A stretch of 64,000 nucleotides of DNA from Phoronis australis (lineage: Eukaryota; Animalia; Phoronida). Where the stretch lies: contig NMRA01000049.1 in NCBI GenBank assembly GCA_002633005.1, positions 124,001-188,000 on the forward strand. The letters run 5' to 3'. Position 1 is the stretch's first letter, and each line of letters begins with the position of its first letter. The position numbers and the translations under genes were made by a program. The notes beneath the pieces are model-generated. The model searched no databases and was not told the origin of the DNA. It saw nothing but the letters and a program-made list of their open reading frames with translations. Below are positions 1-11,845 of this stretch, piece by piece.

Positions 1-659
1 AGACCTATGCAGGCACTCAATCCCTCGATTTGAGGGGCGAATATTGGCCCTATTCCCCTCTGAAAAATATCAAAAATGGATGCGAAATTACCCTCATAAG
101 ACCCATTCCCCACCAGAGATTAAAATTCCCCTCAAGGTGCATCTCACTTGTAATTCACACAGTCAATGATTCGAAACAGCACAAAATGTTTTGATTTGGC
201 TTCTTGAGGCAGAGTCGATGATGGCTTTTTAAATGAAAGGGGTAGTAGTACTGTTCAGTGACAGAAATTGGGGGTACAATTTTCCTCACAAAAAATTCCC
301 CTCTTAGAAGACACAGGCACTTTTCCCCTCTGGTGAATGAGCGCTCTGCCAGGGGATGCGGTCTCTAATGGGAGCCAATTGAGACAGCGGTACTAGCTCA
401 CTGGCAATCCCAGGTAGTGCTTTCACCACACAATTCATTTCCTGGAAAAAAATTGGAGTAAATGGGTCCCTCATCAAAAAGACTGCCATGAAGCAGTTCC
501 ATTAAATAACGGCAATGAAGCTGGTTCTCCGCAGCCATTTTCAAGACCGACCCATATTTACTCCACTCTTACCCATTTCCCACACTATCTTCCGAACGTT
601 TGGTCAAACATACCAGAAATATCGGCAGATCATCTACTAGAAAATTTACAGACAACTGT

Positions 660-930
660 AAATATTCAAAAGAGAAATAGCAGATGTTTCCAACCTATTG
701 TGCGCAAAACAGACTCCTGCAAATAGTTTCTATTCCCACGTACAATACCAGACTGGAACCAACTGCCAGAGCCGAGGAATTAGTTTGGTGCAGCTCAATC
801 TACTGCCTTACTGGGAAGCCTTTCGATCAGGCCTCAAATCACTGCCGTTTTGATTACTTTGCTCTCTCTCTCTCCCCGTTGCCACTATTGGTTACTGCAA
901 CGTGACAGACAGATTCAGATTTGGATTCAT
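660..930 (+). mobile_element. 3' fragment of a non-LTR retrotransposon (CR1/L2-like ORF2 C-terminus)
   Basis: Degraded + frame reads FQPIVRKTDSCK*FLFPRTIPDWNQLP, matching the typical LINE ORF2 end motif (SFFPRTIxxWNxLP), followed by a short simple-repeat tail. Confidence 0.55.
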
Positions 931-1421
931 AACTACCTGAGAATTAAATACAAACTTTAAACTAGGTCCTCACGATGCCGGTGAATGGTGAATCCCGGAA
1001 GTAAATATAACCTCTGCCACAGCGCTACCTATATGTGACTCTCGTCAGTCATGAATCTACCGGCTATACAGCCGGTAGATGACGCGCACGGTATCATTCC
1101 GAGCAGCACGCGTTTAATCACTGGTCAACATCTTTGCGAACAAAGTTTTCTCTCCACTGCAAATATTTCATTTCTGCAGCAATGTTTAATAGCCGCGTGG
1201 CCGATTTAACCGTTGTGTTATTCATACCACGTGCGGAATACAGGGCAGCAATTTGAAAACAAAAGTCAGCGACAAATGCACGCCCCGCCGGCGATCAAAT
1301 TGGCACCGTGACACCCACTGATCCACATTTCGTGAACATATTCCAATTAAGCACCGATTTGACTGTACAACAGACCGCAAACTGCATCCACATGTACACT
1401 TCCTCCATCAGATGCCAGTTT

Positions 1422-1581
1422 CAGGGTCGGGTCCAGAACTTTAGTTAGGAGGGGGAGCAGAGTATTCATCATGTAGCCAGGATTTCGGCCCCGCCCAGGC
1501 CTCACTCAGTCCCGACTGAACTGGCAAATGGAATTCGGGAAAATTTTAGGGGGTCCATGGCCCCCTCTAAATCCTCCTCTG
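1422..1581. mobile_element. short GC-rich MITE-like element
   Basis: Ends CAGGGTCGGGTCCAG / CTAAATCCTCCTCTG form a degenerate inverted repeat; flanks AGTTT/ATTTT resemble a 5-bp TSD; same style as 35664-35796. Confidence 0.45.
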
Positions 1582-2455
1582 ATTTTGTTTACGTAAAGCG
1601 CTACCTGTGTTATAGTATATAAGTAAGTAAGAAGTAAAATGTTTATTTATCGGTATCGGAGATTGACAGAAAAACAGAAGCTAAGTGATAAAATGAGAAA
1701 TCAATATGTAGAAAACAGGTAGAAGGGCTATGTACAGAAAGTATACAAATAGACATGACTTGTCAAACATCAAAAGACAGTTGACAGCGTATTTGGCAAA
1801 GGTGGCATTCAGTTCACACTGAGCTTGGCTTATCATGGCGACTTAACTCATTTGTAAAGGTATTGAGATCTTGGCAACACAAAATATTTGACATGTGGGT
1901 TGCGATTGCATTTTTGGATTTAAATTAAAAAATAAATGAAACATTTTAGCACCCTGCTTGGCAAATAGCTAAAACCATTGTCGATTTAGTTGGGCAAGTT
2001 TGTTCAATAGCCACTTGTTTATCCGACAGTATCTGTCAACCTGTTTTGTCCGTTTGGAAAACCAGTGCATGTTTGACTTGTTTACTTGACGAACCACTTG
2101 AATGTCTGTTTAGCAAACCACTTGTCTGTTTGTCAAATCAATTGTCTATTTGACAGTGTTGTCTATTAGTCACCGAGACTAAGCCAGACTGTGACGTATC
2201 CGTCCTGTAATTAAATCCCCAAAACACAACGGATGCTGTTGTTGTTGTTGATGTAAGCCAACAACAAGTCTGCCCCATCCAACAATAACCCAAAAATGGG
2301 TTTTGGTGGTCGCTGGTAAACCCCATACTGTCCCGGTGTGCTGACATATGCTTATCTGGACTTTGCTACGCTGTTTAGGGGGCTTATGGTTGAAAGTTTT
2401 ATACACGTCGAGTTTTTCGGCAAAAATGTCATTTTTACGGTTCATGTGAGAAAAC

Positions 2456-2582
2456 AAATCCTACAGTAGTCTCAGGTTCATGACTTGGGTGAAACCTCAA
2501 AATGCCGAGGCTTGCCGAGGTATTTTGACGAAATCTCCAAGAGCTTTTGTCCATGTCATAAACCCGAGACTCGTGTAGGATT
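2456..2582. repeat. palindromic (foldback) interspersed element with central GAGGCTTGCCGA loop
   Basis: AATCCTACAGTAGTCTCAGGTTCATGAC pairs with GTCATAAACCCGAGACTCGTGTAGGATT; inner TCAAAATGCC / GGTATTTTGA stem. Confidence 0.55.
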
Positions 2583-4599
2583 CTCTATTTTCGCAAAGCG
2601 AGAGGTGGAATTTCGTGGCAAGAACGTAATGATAAATACAACTTCAGAGCATGTTATGGGCAATACAGAGTATAAAGTATTAATTGGTTTTTTAAACTGT
2701 AACCAACAAAAGCAATATTCAAGACAACACAGCGAAATATGAGGTTTAAATAATACCGAATGTACACATTTTGAAAATTGTTTTAACAACTTAAGCCCAA
2801 GTGTGTGAAAAAGCAGCAGTCATATTATGTGTGTTCACAGCGTGTCTGGTATTATTATGACGCGATTTGGATCCGCAAATAGAAATAAAGATGCAGTCCC
2901 ATTACATTGTCGAAAAATTCGAAGGTCATGGATATTTTTCCTACTGTGTTAACCGCGGGCACGTTTTAGTATTTACAAAATCGCGTGTTCAAATTGGTTT
3001 GCGCTGACAGCGATTACTGCCGGGTAGTTAATAAGGGTTAAGATTTAACAGGTCCATAGCCCAGGAACAAATCTGAAAGTTCTGAGTAATATGGCGATTC
3101 GTATATTTCCATTTGGTGTGCAGAAATCCTAGCTATGATGACCAAGCAAGAAAATCAAATTAAAGGCGTTCAAATAGGAGATCACGATTTCGTTATAACT
3201 CAATACATAGATAATACAACTTTTTTTCCTTAGACGTCTAACAGCGAAACTTGGAAGCTACTGTGGAAGTTCTCAGTAAATATAACAAGTTAAACACCTG
3301 GCTTGAGAGAAAATTATTCCAAAACGAATGTTATACGGATGCACTCTAATTATTTGTAGAGATGTTTTCCATCATACGATATTGGAAATTAGAATGAGCT
3401 ATAATCGAATATAAATGTTAAGTTATAAATTTCTGCGTTGAAAAATCAATGACGAAGAAAATATTGATGAAATTAATAATATTATTAAAATTTGATCTAG
3501 AAGACAATAATGATTTTGTCAAGGCTACTGTGCAAAAAAACATCCACAGTAATGTTATAAATGAACTGAACCGAACATACTATTTGACAAATATATTAGT
3601 GCTGGTGTACTTTTAAGAATTACCTGCTTGATGAAAATTTAACATTTACTGACACTTACTGAATTTAAAAAAAAACAAATATACGAAGCAGTTTTCTAGA
3701 ATATTGTTCCCTGATTGATTCCATTGGTCTTTTATTGGGCAGAACACCATTATACAAACAGTCAATCAAAAACATTTTTAACTGCTCATCAGTGTGTAAA
3801 CAAATTTATGAAATTACTTAACACAGCAGCTATGACGTCATCAGTTGCCAAAAATTAACTAATGGTCCGAAATTACAGCAGTGAATGTGCTCTAATAGCA
3901 CACGTGCAACGGACAAAATTTATGATTGAGAAAAAAGCGCTGAATTTAGTTGTTAACAGTTTCCAATAATTAGTGCCAATTATTGGAAAAATAGTAGTAA
4001 CCGTTTTTTTATGGTATCATCAACACGGCGCGCATTACAAGGAAATTCCTGATATTAATTGTAAGGATCCTTTGAGGTACCGACGAAAACCACACCTCAC
4101 AGCAATGAGCGGCCTTGCATGAAAAACCTATCGTCGCCATTTTCAGTTTGCCGTATGGACTAACTAGACGCGAGTCATCATTAATTTATCAACCTAATTA
4201 TAAGAAGGAAATAAAAACGACCCACAAGACCTCGTAATGGCAAGTAGCCAGACGAGCTATCCGAGATGTCCCGCGTCCCCAAATGACACGACTAAAAATA
4301 AACACAATGCCGAGTAGATGACGGATGGTCGTTGAGTTAACGGGTAAGTAGCAACAAAAGTAGCAGAGAGAGAAAGAGGGGTAGGGGGAGGAAGGGGGGC
4401 AGGCAGGGAGAGAGAGAGAGAGAGAGGGAGGGGGGGGAGGGGGAAGGAGATCCTCAAGGCAAAAGTCGATCCATTGAAAACCATCACACAACACAATAAA
4501 GTGCAACATAAAACAAAATAATAGGAACAAAGAATATGAGACACCAAATAATATTTACTATTCATCCATTTGGCTGACAAGAAATCAATGGTATAAGTA

Positions 4600-6202
4600 C
4601 TTCAATAAATAAATAAACCTAACACCTTAATAAAAATAAATAAAGGGGTACTACTCTCCACAACATGATAATCAAATAATTACTGTGTAAATGATAGCAT
4701 ATACGTTTGTGTTTGTGTGTGTTAGCATATGCGTGTGCGTGCGCGTGCATCTACGTATGTAAAAATGAGTAGCGTTTACGTGTAATAATGCAATCTGAGT
4801 TGCCATGATTGATTTATATATCTGGAATCTTGAGTATTTTTGACTTGAAAGTAATGTGGAAGTTGGTTGTGCAAAAACTTGTAATATATTTTCAATTAGG
4901 ATACATTTAGAGTTTCTTCAAGAAGTGATGTTTTTAATAATTTGCACATTGCATTTGTACTCCCAGGCAAAGTATTGTGAGTTGGTGATTATTCTTAAAA
5001 CTCGTTTCTGAAGGAATTTTTATCTGCTGACATATTTAATCCTCTCATGATGCCAAAGATTTTGAGTGTGGATCAAGGAGTAGTAAATTGTAGTCAGTGC
5101 CAGTGAAGACAGGTATGGTTTTCTGGAGGTCATTTTACGTGGGACACAGTTTGATGATAGGTGTTTGTTCTGAAAGTTAGTTATCATATAAAACATAATG
5201 ATGTCGAATTGTAAAAGCTCGACTCCAGTTACACCGTACAATGAAAGATCATCTAGCAAGATACCAAAGTCTATTGTGTCAAAGGCTTTTGAAAGATCTA
5301 AAAAGATGGTTGTTGGGTTTATCCCCTTGTCCAGATGTCTGTAAGTTCTGTCAGTTTGTTCGAGTGTTGCAAATTATGTTGATCTTAGCCACATTTCTGT
5401 TCATATAAGAGAACGTTTGCTGTACGGTAGCCATGAAGCTGGTCACAGGCAATTTCTTCAAATAATTTGGAGAAGGCAGCAAGTAGAGAGATAGTCATAT
5501 AGTTGTATGTTCATCTAAGTCATTTCCTTTGTATATAGACACAATTTAGAAAATTTTCAAATCAGTTTGTGCCAAAGCATTGATTGATGATTGCAGTACA
5601 TGTAAGTGGTTTAATAATGTCGACGGTAATCAATTTCATGAGTTGGGTGGACATGTTGTCAAATCCTGCGCTAGACTTGGAATTAATGTCGTTTATGGAC
5701 TAAAAATAACATTCATTTCATTTACTGTTTGAAATTTTGTTTGCGTAGGGTTGCATAAGAAAAAGCCAACTTTAAGCTGTGCGTGAACTGCAAAGCTAAT
5801 GATGGATCGATATTCAAAAAGGTATTAAAATCACGAGCTATTGATGTTTTATCAAATTTTTTATCTGTTTATTTTGTTATATATTCTCATTGGTAGAGTT
5901 GTTTGTTTTCGAAAATACTCAGACACGCCATGCCTTGCTGAAATATATTTGTCGAATTCTTTGTGAAAGTAAAGTTTCTTTGCAGTTTGAATAAACGATT
6001 TCCAAGTTTTACTGTGGATACTTAAGTTCTTATTTCGTCCGTCAAGTAGTGGGATAATTGTGGATGTAAGTTTTATTTTTTTGCACAGTCTATCTTTATT
6101 TTTTATTGAAATAAGAAGACCCTGTGTTATCCATTGGTTATTCCGATTGTGCATATACTTGTTGAACCGCGTGCGTTCGTAGGGAAAACGTTTCGATGAA
6201 AC
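4600..6202 (-). mobile_element. degraded LINE (CR1/L2-group) ORF2, RT half
   Basis: Minus-strand fragments NQWITQGLLISIKNKDRL and LDKGIKPTTIFLDLSKAFDTIDFGILLDDLSLYGVTG (RT motif FLDLSKAFD); many stops and frameshifts. Confidence 0.8.
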
Positions 6203-6206
6203 TTAA

Positions 6207-8064
6207 AGGAAAATGCCACTCGATTTAATTAGTCTTTTTTGCCGTCTTAATCGGTCTACATCCGCATCACCTCATATACGGTCAATCTTACCTCGCCGAG
6301 AGGTGTCGCGTTAACCTGTGAGGAAGGAGAGAAATGACGCAGCGACGTCAGTGGTTCTTCGGCAGAGTGCCGCTATGGTGTGGTACATCGTTCCCGCTTG
6401 CGTAAACTATGAAGCGTCGAGGAAAGCGGGTAGTCGTTTTTTTCGGTTACCCGAGAGCCCATAATGCTTCTGAAGTGGCTCGCGGTAGTGAAGACCTGAT
6501 GAAAAGTACGCCGTTCATACCAAGTATGAGGCCGTGAAGCTACTCCGTGTCTGTCAGTGGATCGGTTGTTGATCAGTTTTTTATTATAGAGAATTGTAGT
6601 TGGCCATGAAAATATAAACAATTGCAATTAATTCAAGGCGTGAGAACATAATGTTTTATATAACCTGTTTGATGACTGACTCGTTCGTTAGGCTTCTGTT
6701 TGGTCTTCCTTGTGTGGGATGTTTTCGCCCCTTCTTTTTCTCAGCCCTAAAAACGTCGTAAGCACACCTTTTTAGATGCGGTGCAAAATCAGGATGGTCC
6801 CTGAGACACATCTGCGCTTCTCCAAGAATTCGTTTCACTTGCGGAATTTCGTGGCAGCAAACGCAAGCGTCAGTCGTTTCCATTATCATGACACCATGAC
6901 AAGCCATTCAAACGGTTTTAGGAACTATTCATGTGTTCCGTTGTCTGTGCACGTTCACGGACTCGTCTAAGTCGGGATTGCGAGTTGCCACGTTGACGTT
7001 TATATTGTGCGTTCAAATTCAAAATGAATTATTCTCACCCTAACCAATGCTTATATCAAACTGAAAAAAGTCTGTCTCATTAGATACAATTTGTAATGTC
7101 TTGGAGTGTTCGTGAGCGCAAATGTTTTGAGAAACCAGTAATGAACAAATCACTGGGTTATCGGCTTTAGATGCAATAAACCGGCTAATTGACCGGGTAC
7201 CGAGGCCCGGCCGTGTGAGCGCATGCTAATTTAGTGTTTGCTGACAGAAAGCTGTTGTGAAACAATAACTCCATTTTATATCCTATGGTCAGATGAGGGG
7301 AATCTTTATTTAGATATTCATATACGTTATTCGAATCGTTGTTGCTCTACAACTTTTGCCGAATAACCTGACTTCGCGGCCCCCGACTACGTGGTAAGTA
7401 GATTTGCAGTTTTGCGGCTAATTCACCAAAATAACCAGCGTGCACATTTTTTCTTTGGTTCACTAGTATAATCGTTTCGTGACTGGAAATTTATTTTCTA
7501 ACTTTGGCTGGTTTATGTTCGTGATGTCTTTAGTCTGGCCGCGATGAGCCTGATAGGGTTCCGAGTCACTGGCCGGGATAGCAGGCGTTTTGTGTGTTTA
7601 GAACTGAAAAATCTCAAATCTAAAATTACAACAAGCAGCTATGTTCTCTTGTCTGTATTTCACAGAAGAATAATTTGAATTCATCACTAAACAGACCCCA
7701 AATTCCCGCGACCGACCTTGCAGCGGTAAATTGGCCTACCGAACCTCAAATACCTATAAATCCGTAAGAGCGAAATAAAATAACACGTTTGTTTATTAAC
7801 TCGATGTATTTGTAAGGGTTTTATATCGAATTTTGATGATTTATTGGTGTAAAACGATGAATTCAAACGATAAGGTGACACCAGTAAGCGTGTTGTGAAC
7901 TGCTGTACAGACTGCTTTAGAACCTCTGACATCATCGGTTAATTTCAACAGACCGATCCGTCTGCCTTCAGATGTCAGGTAAAAGAGATGTATTTGCTGT
8001 TATGGAGTGGAAGTACTCCTTCTAAATTGATACAAAATAGGTTGTTTTGGGGTGGCATTATCCT
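6207..8064 (+). mobile_element. non-autonomous Kolobok DNA transposon (internally deleted)
   Basis: TTAA at 6203-6206 and 8065-8068; TIRs AGGAAAATGCCAC / GTGGCATTATCCT; THAP remnant on + from ATG 6375 (MVWYIVPACVNY...VHTKYEAVKLLRVC); KolX remnant on - (~6991-6660: RLNGLSWC..METTDACVCCHE...CLRDHPDF). Homologous over its length to 49497-51133. Confidence 0.88.
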
Positions 8065-8068
8065 TTAA

Positions 8069-8640
8069 TGTTATTAGACAGTTTGAATATTTAGTGTCCG
8101 GGCTTAAGCGTTCATTTCGGCTAGTCGAAATTAATCTCTTTCAGTTCATTTAAAAGTGCCTTTGCTCTCCTTCTTTGATGTGTTCTTTGCTTGTTTCTAT
8201 GTTCTAATTCTTTTTTTTGGATTGGTGGTTTAAAAATAACATTGACATTTAGTGAGATAAACCTACAGCAGAAAAGAAAAGTGATCAGATATACTGGAAA
8301 AAATGTGCCACTGCGAGATGTTTTGTTTTGTCAGTAGAAGTGTGATAAACATAATTAAAGATGCTGGCATTGAGTTTAGTAGGACGAATCGTTTTTGGCT
8401 GTAGCTGAAGGATAGACATCACGTCAAAAGAAATGAAATTTGCGATTGTAACTTATTTTTAATAGGTGAATTTTGAGATCGCCGGCAACAACGATTATTT
8501 GTTATCTGACTTCGTAAACTGTCTAAAATAATTGCATGTGTCTGTGTGGAGTTGCGGGGGCCTTGTAAATGTTTGCAATAGGTACATGTTTGTCGGGTAT
8601 CTTGACATGAGATAGTAAGCATTCATATGTTTTGAAATTA
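8069..8640 (-). mobile_element. degraded LINE ORF2, endonuclease half (continuation of 4600-6202, split by the Kolobok)
   Basis: Minus-strand residues ending in SSISDHF (APE endonuclease C-terminal SDH motif); collinear with the RT half across the TTAA insertion. Confidence 0.6.
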
Positions 8641-9357
8641 AATGAAATTTCTTTTTATAAACAAAAAAGTCATTTCTTATGTATGTAATTCAAGGGGGTC
8701 AACAATTGGTAGGACTTCAAAACCACTTGCCCAGAATTCAAAACCAGTCGGATGGACTGCAAAACCAAATGGCCGGTGATTAAACGTGTTGTCTGGACTT
8801 CAAAACGCGATGACCTCACCCAAAGAATTAGTTGGCTTTATCCACTATGGCCAGTGCTATAACCAGTTGGCCGGTGATTTTTTCCGCTATTGTGCTTGAG
8901 CACACGCCAATTCGTTTTTAGGTTCGGCAAAACCAGTTTTTTCGGTGCCGCGGCCATGTTGTTTTAAGGTACCTGACACCGTCAACCATAGGTAAATACA
9001 ATCTGGTGAGTAACCTTTAAGTGCGTGTCAAAAACTGAAGAGTGAGTAATTGCCAGTTGTTGACAAACACTATTATTGCACGCAGATGACATCGGGAAAA
9101 CATTTTTTAGTGTTTGAAGATCATCAACAATGACTCTAAAAAGATCAAAAATTGCGTTGAGCGACTGAATATTGACACTCTGTAATTTGTGTTCATCTTT
9201 ATGTAATTCCAAAAATTCTTTCAACCTTCCTGTGTCATAAATGTTGGATTTGTTGATTTGAAGCGCATCTTCGTTGTCTGCATAAAAGAGTATGAATTAA
9301 ATTTTGTCAATGTACCCCCCGTTGATGCTTGAGCACTTTCTCGGGATTAAGGGTCAG

Positions 9358-9609
9358 GGGCCTGTTCAAAGAAAATGGACTTAGCTAAGACAAATATTAT
9401 ATTTAAGCCAATTATAAGATAATACTTCAATTTGTCTGAAGTCCGTTTCTTGAAAATAATCTCAAGATAAGTTTTTGACCAAAGTTTTGTGATAAATTCG
9501 ACTAATTTACCAGGTGTGGAGGTTTCAAAGTTTGGAGGTCGAGACAAATCTTGGACTTAGGTCAAAAGTGAACAAAAATGAACCTGTTTCAGTTTCTTAG
9601 AACGGGCTT
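9358..9609 (+). mobile_element. PIF/Harbinger-type MITE
   Basis: TIRs GGGCCTGTTC / GAACGGGCTT with CAG/CAG 3-bp flanks; body similar to the reverse complement of 58055-58299. Confidence 0.6.
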
Positions 9610-9827
9610 CAGGTTTACAATTATATTTGTTATGTTGGCCATATAGATATAGCTTGTCACCTGTCGTAGTCGGATTGTGTCAGTCATGAAATACTTATAA
9701 ACGAAGGAATACGAATAGTCCTAAAATTCAAAATTCATGGATAACAAAGAAAGCTACCAAAAACAAAAGTAAATAAATATAGATTATTACATGGCGAAGT
9801 CGTTATCCCCCGTTATCTAGAGCCCAA

Positions 9828-9893
9828 GTGGATTTTGGAGAATTATCGCCCGAGGGGCGTAAGCCCAGAGGGTGATAATTCTCCAAAATCCAC
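9828..9893. repeat. near-perfect 24-bp-stem hairpin
   Basis: GTGGATTTTGGAGAATTATCGCCC ... GGGTGATAATTCTCCAAAATCCAC around a GAGGGGCGTAAGCCCAGA loop. Confidence 0.8.
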
Positions 9894-10029
9894 GAACGTG
9901 AAAAAGGTTACAAAATAAATGTGGTGCAATGAATTAATCACATTTTGTGTCATTACTGTGTTACTTTTGTATCAAAACTGAACAACAACATAGTATACTT
10001 CCATTAAATTGCCATGAGCACTACATGTA

Positions 10030-10275
10030 AAAAAATAATTGCAGGCGGTCTGATACACGTTGTATCAGACGTGCGCAGGCCTCGCATGTGGGCCCATTGC
10101 ACTGATCACCTGGAAATATTTTTATGCTTTATTGATATATGGTTAAAACCGAGCTGAGGAGCTAGAAACCTGGCTGAAGAGTTTAGCAGTGTGACCTGGT
10201 GGGACTTGAACCCACGTGACGACCTCGCGTAAAGAAAGCGGGCACTTATCAACCAGGCCACACTGCCTCCTCTGC
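10030..10275 (-). mobile_element. tRNA-derived SINE
   Basis: 13-bp TSD AGCACTACATGTA (10017-10029 and 10276-10288); minus-strand head with A box (TGGCCTGGTTG) and B box (GGTTCAAGTCC); T-rich 3' end. Confidence 0.8.
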
Positions 10276-11585
10276 AGCACTACATGTACATCAAGCATAA
10301 ATTAGTTTCACAAACGAAAGATTTTCATTTCAGGAAACAAGTTCACTGTTATTGTGAGACGAGCTTCAACGAACATGTTACCCACGACGTGAAGGTACCC
10401 TACCGGGGTTTTGAAAAGTACATGCATCTACTTTGAGTCGAAACCACTGAGAACAAGGTTTCTAAACTGAAGACTCACCCAAGAGTTGTTCCATGTGGCA
10501 TGTTAGCCAAGGGTAAACTAAATGTTGCAGCACTGAGATGAAACCGAGTGTAGAATCTTCTCGTAAAATTGTGACAGCAACCTGATGAAAAAACAAATAG
10601 CCAGTGAAGACAAAGAATGGTGATGAGCTTGCCCATGGGGATAGAGGGGAGTGCGGCAACACTTCACGAGATGATTCAAAGATTCTCACTTATAAACGTC
10701 TGGGATTTAAAAATTGGCCAGAAGTTGTGTCAACTGGTGTGCTGATAAAACGGGTGGGATTTTACTTGATGTTTTACTGTTAACATCGATACAGAGATGA
10801 ACAGACTGACTTGTGGCACCCGTGTGGCTTGAATGCACGTTGTGTTTGACTCTTCTGTTTTTTTAGTCTTGGTCCTTAGTTCACCTGCATCATCAGTTCA
10901 CGATCTCCAGTTTAATGTGACTTTGAAAAAGATTGAGACAGTTATAATACACATAGTATATTCTGATTTTCTCCAAACGTAGTCAACATGTTGTCATTAA
11001 CGTCACTTCAACTACACACTGTAGTGATTTACACAGAAAATCAACAATGTTTATAGCATTTCTATTATAATATTAATCTTTTATCACACGTACCTCAAAA
11101 TTGGTCTTACAAAATACATAAATTTATTGCTTTAGGGAAATCAACATAACAAATCCATTGAAAATTTCCAACGAATTTCTCTTGGAATGTATTAGACTAA
11201 GTCATCACTGAATCATAGACAATGTACTTGGACTGACTGATAGTTTAGTAGTCTCTCACACGAAATCAACAACAATATGAAAGCAATTTCTACAATAATC
11301 AAAGACATATTTTCTTTTAAAATACAACTTATTCAGAACAATTGTATTTAGTATTGCCCAATGACACTTAGTATGGCCATTTAAATCTACCTAAACACTA
11401 CAAAAATGTACTGGTTCTATTGAAGATCCGTTTGAAATAACACAAATATAGAAAGAAACTTGAGGAAAAAAGGTTCAAAATAAAATGTCAAAATATTATC
11501 ACATCAGACAACTACAAACCATAAACTCTGTAAATCTGAATAAACTATAGTGACTTAACAACCTGAACCACTGGACTTAGTGATT

Positions 11586-11845
11586 TCATTCATGACGTTT
11601 CGGCTTGCTATGCCTGTAGAAGGAGGCATACTGTTTGCATGACATGCCACATTCACCACAAAAAGGAGTGTTCTCGTGCTGTGACGCAGTGTCGCATCAG
11701 GCTTACTCTTTCCGTGAAGCATTGATCACAGATAGGACACTAAATCGACTTGGTTCCTGAGCATGATGCTTCATGCTGTGTTTTACTATTTTGGTAAAAA
11801 ACTCTTGACGCATGCGATGCGTCACTCACAGGGCTATGAGTTCAA
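11586..11845 (-). pseudogene. degraded tandem C2H2 zinc-finger exon
   Basis: Minus-strand translation with stops and frameshifts: ..IACVKSF..TQHEASCSG, CPICDQCFTERVSLMRH, CGECGMSCKQYASFYRHSKPKRH; TTTTTCAG acceptor just upstream; possible first exon 12425-12401 (MVDDSDVP, GTGAAT donor). Confidence 0.6.

Noticed and set aside
4370-4450. ORFs over the GA/G-rich tract (4198-4580)
   Set aside because: Simple-sequence translation with no coding signal.
10186-10267. tRNA gene
   Set aside because: No canonical cloverleaf; it is the head of a TSD-flanked SINE.
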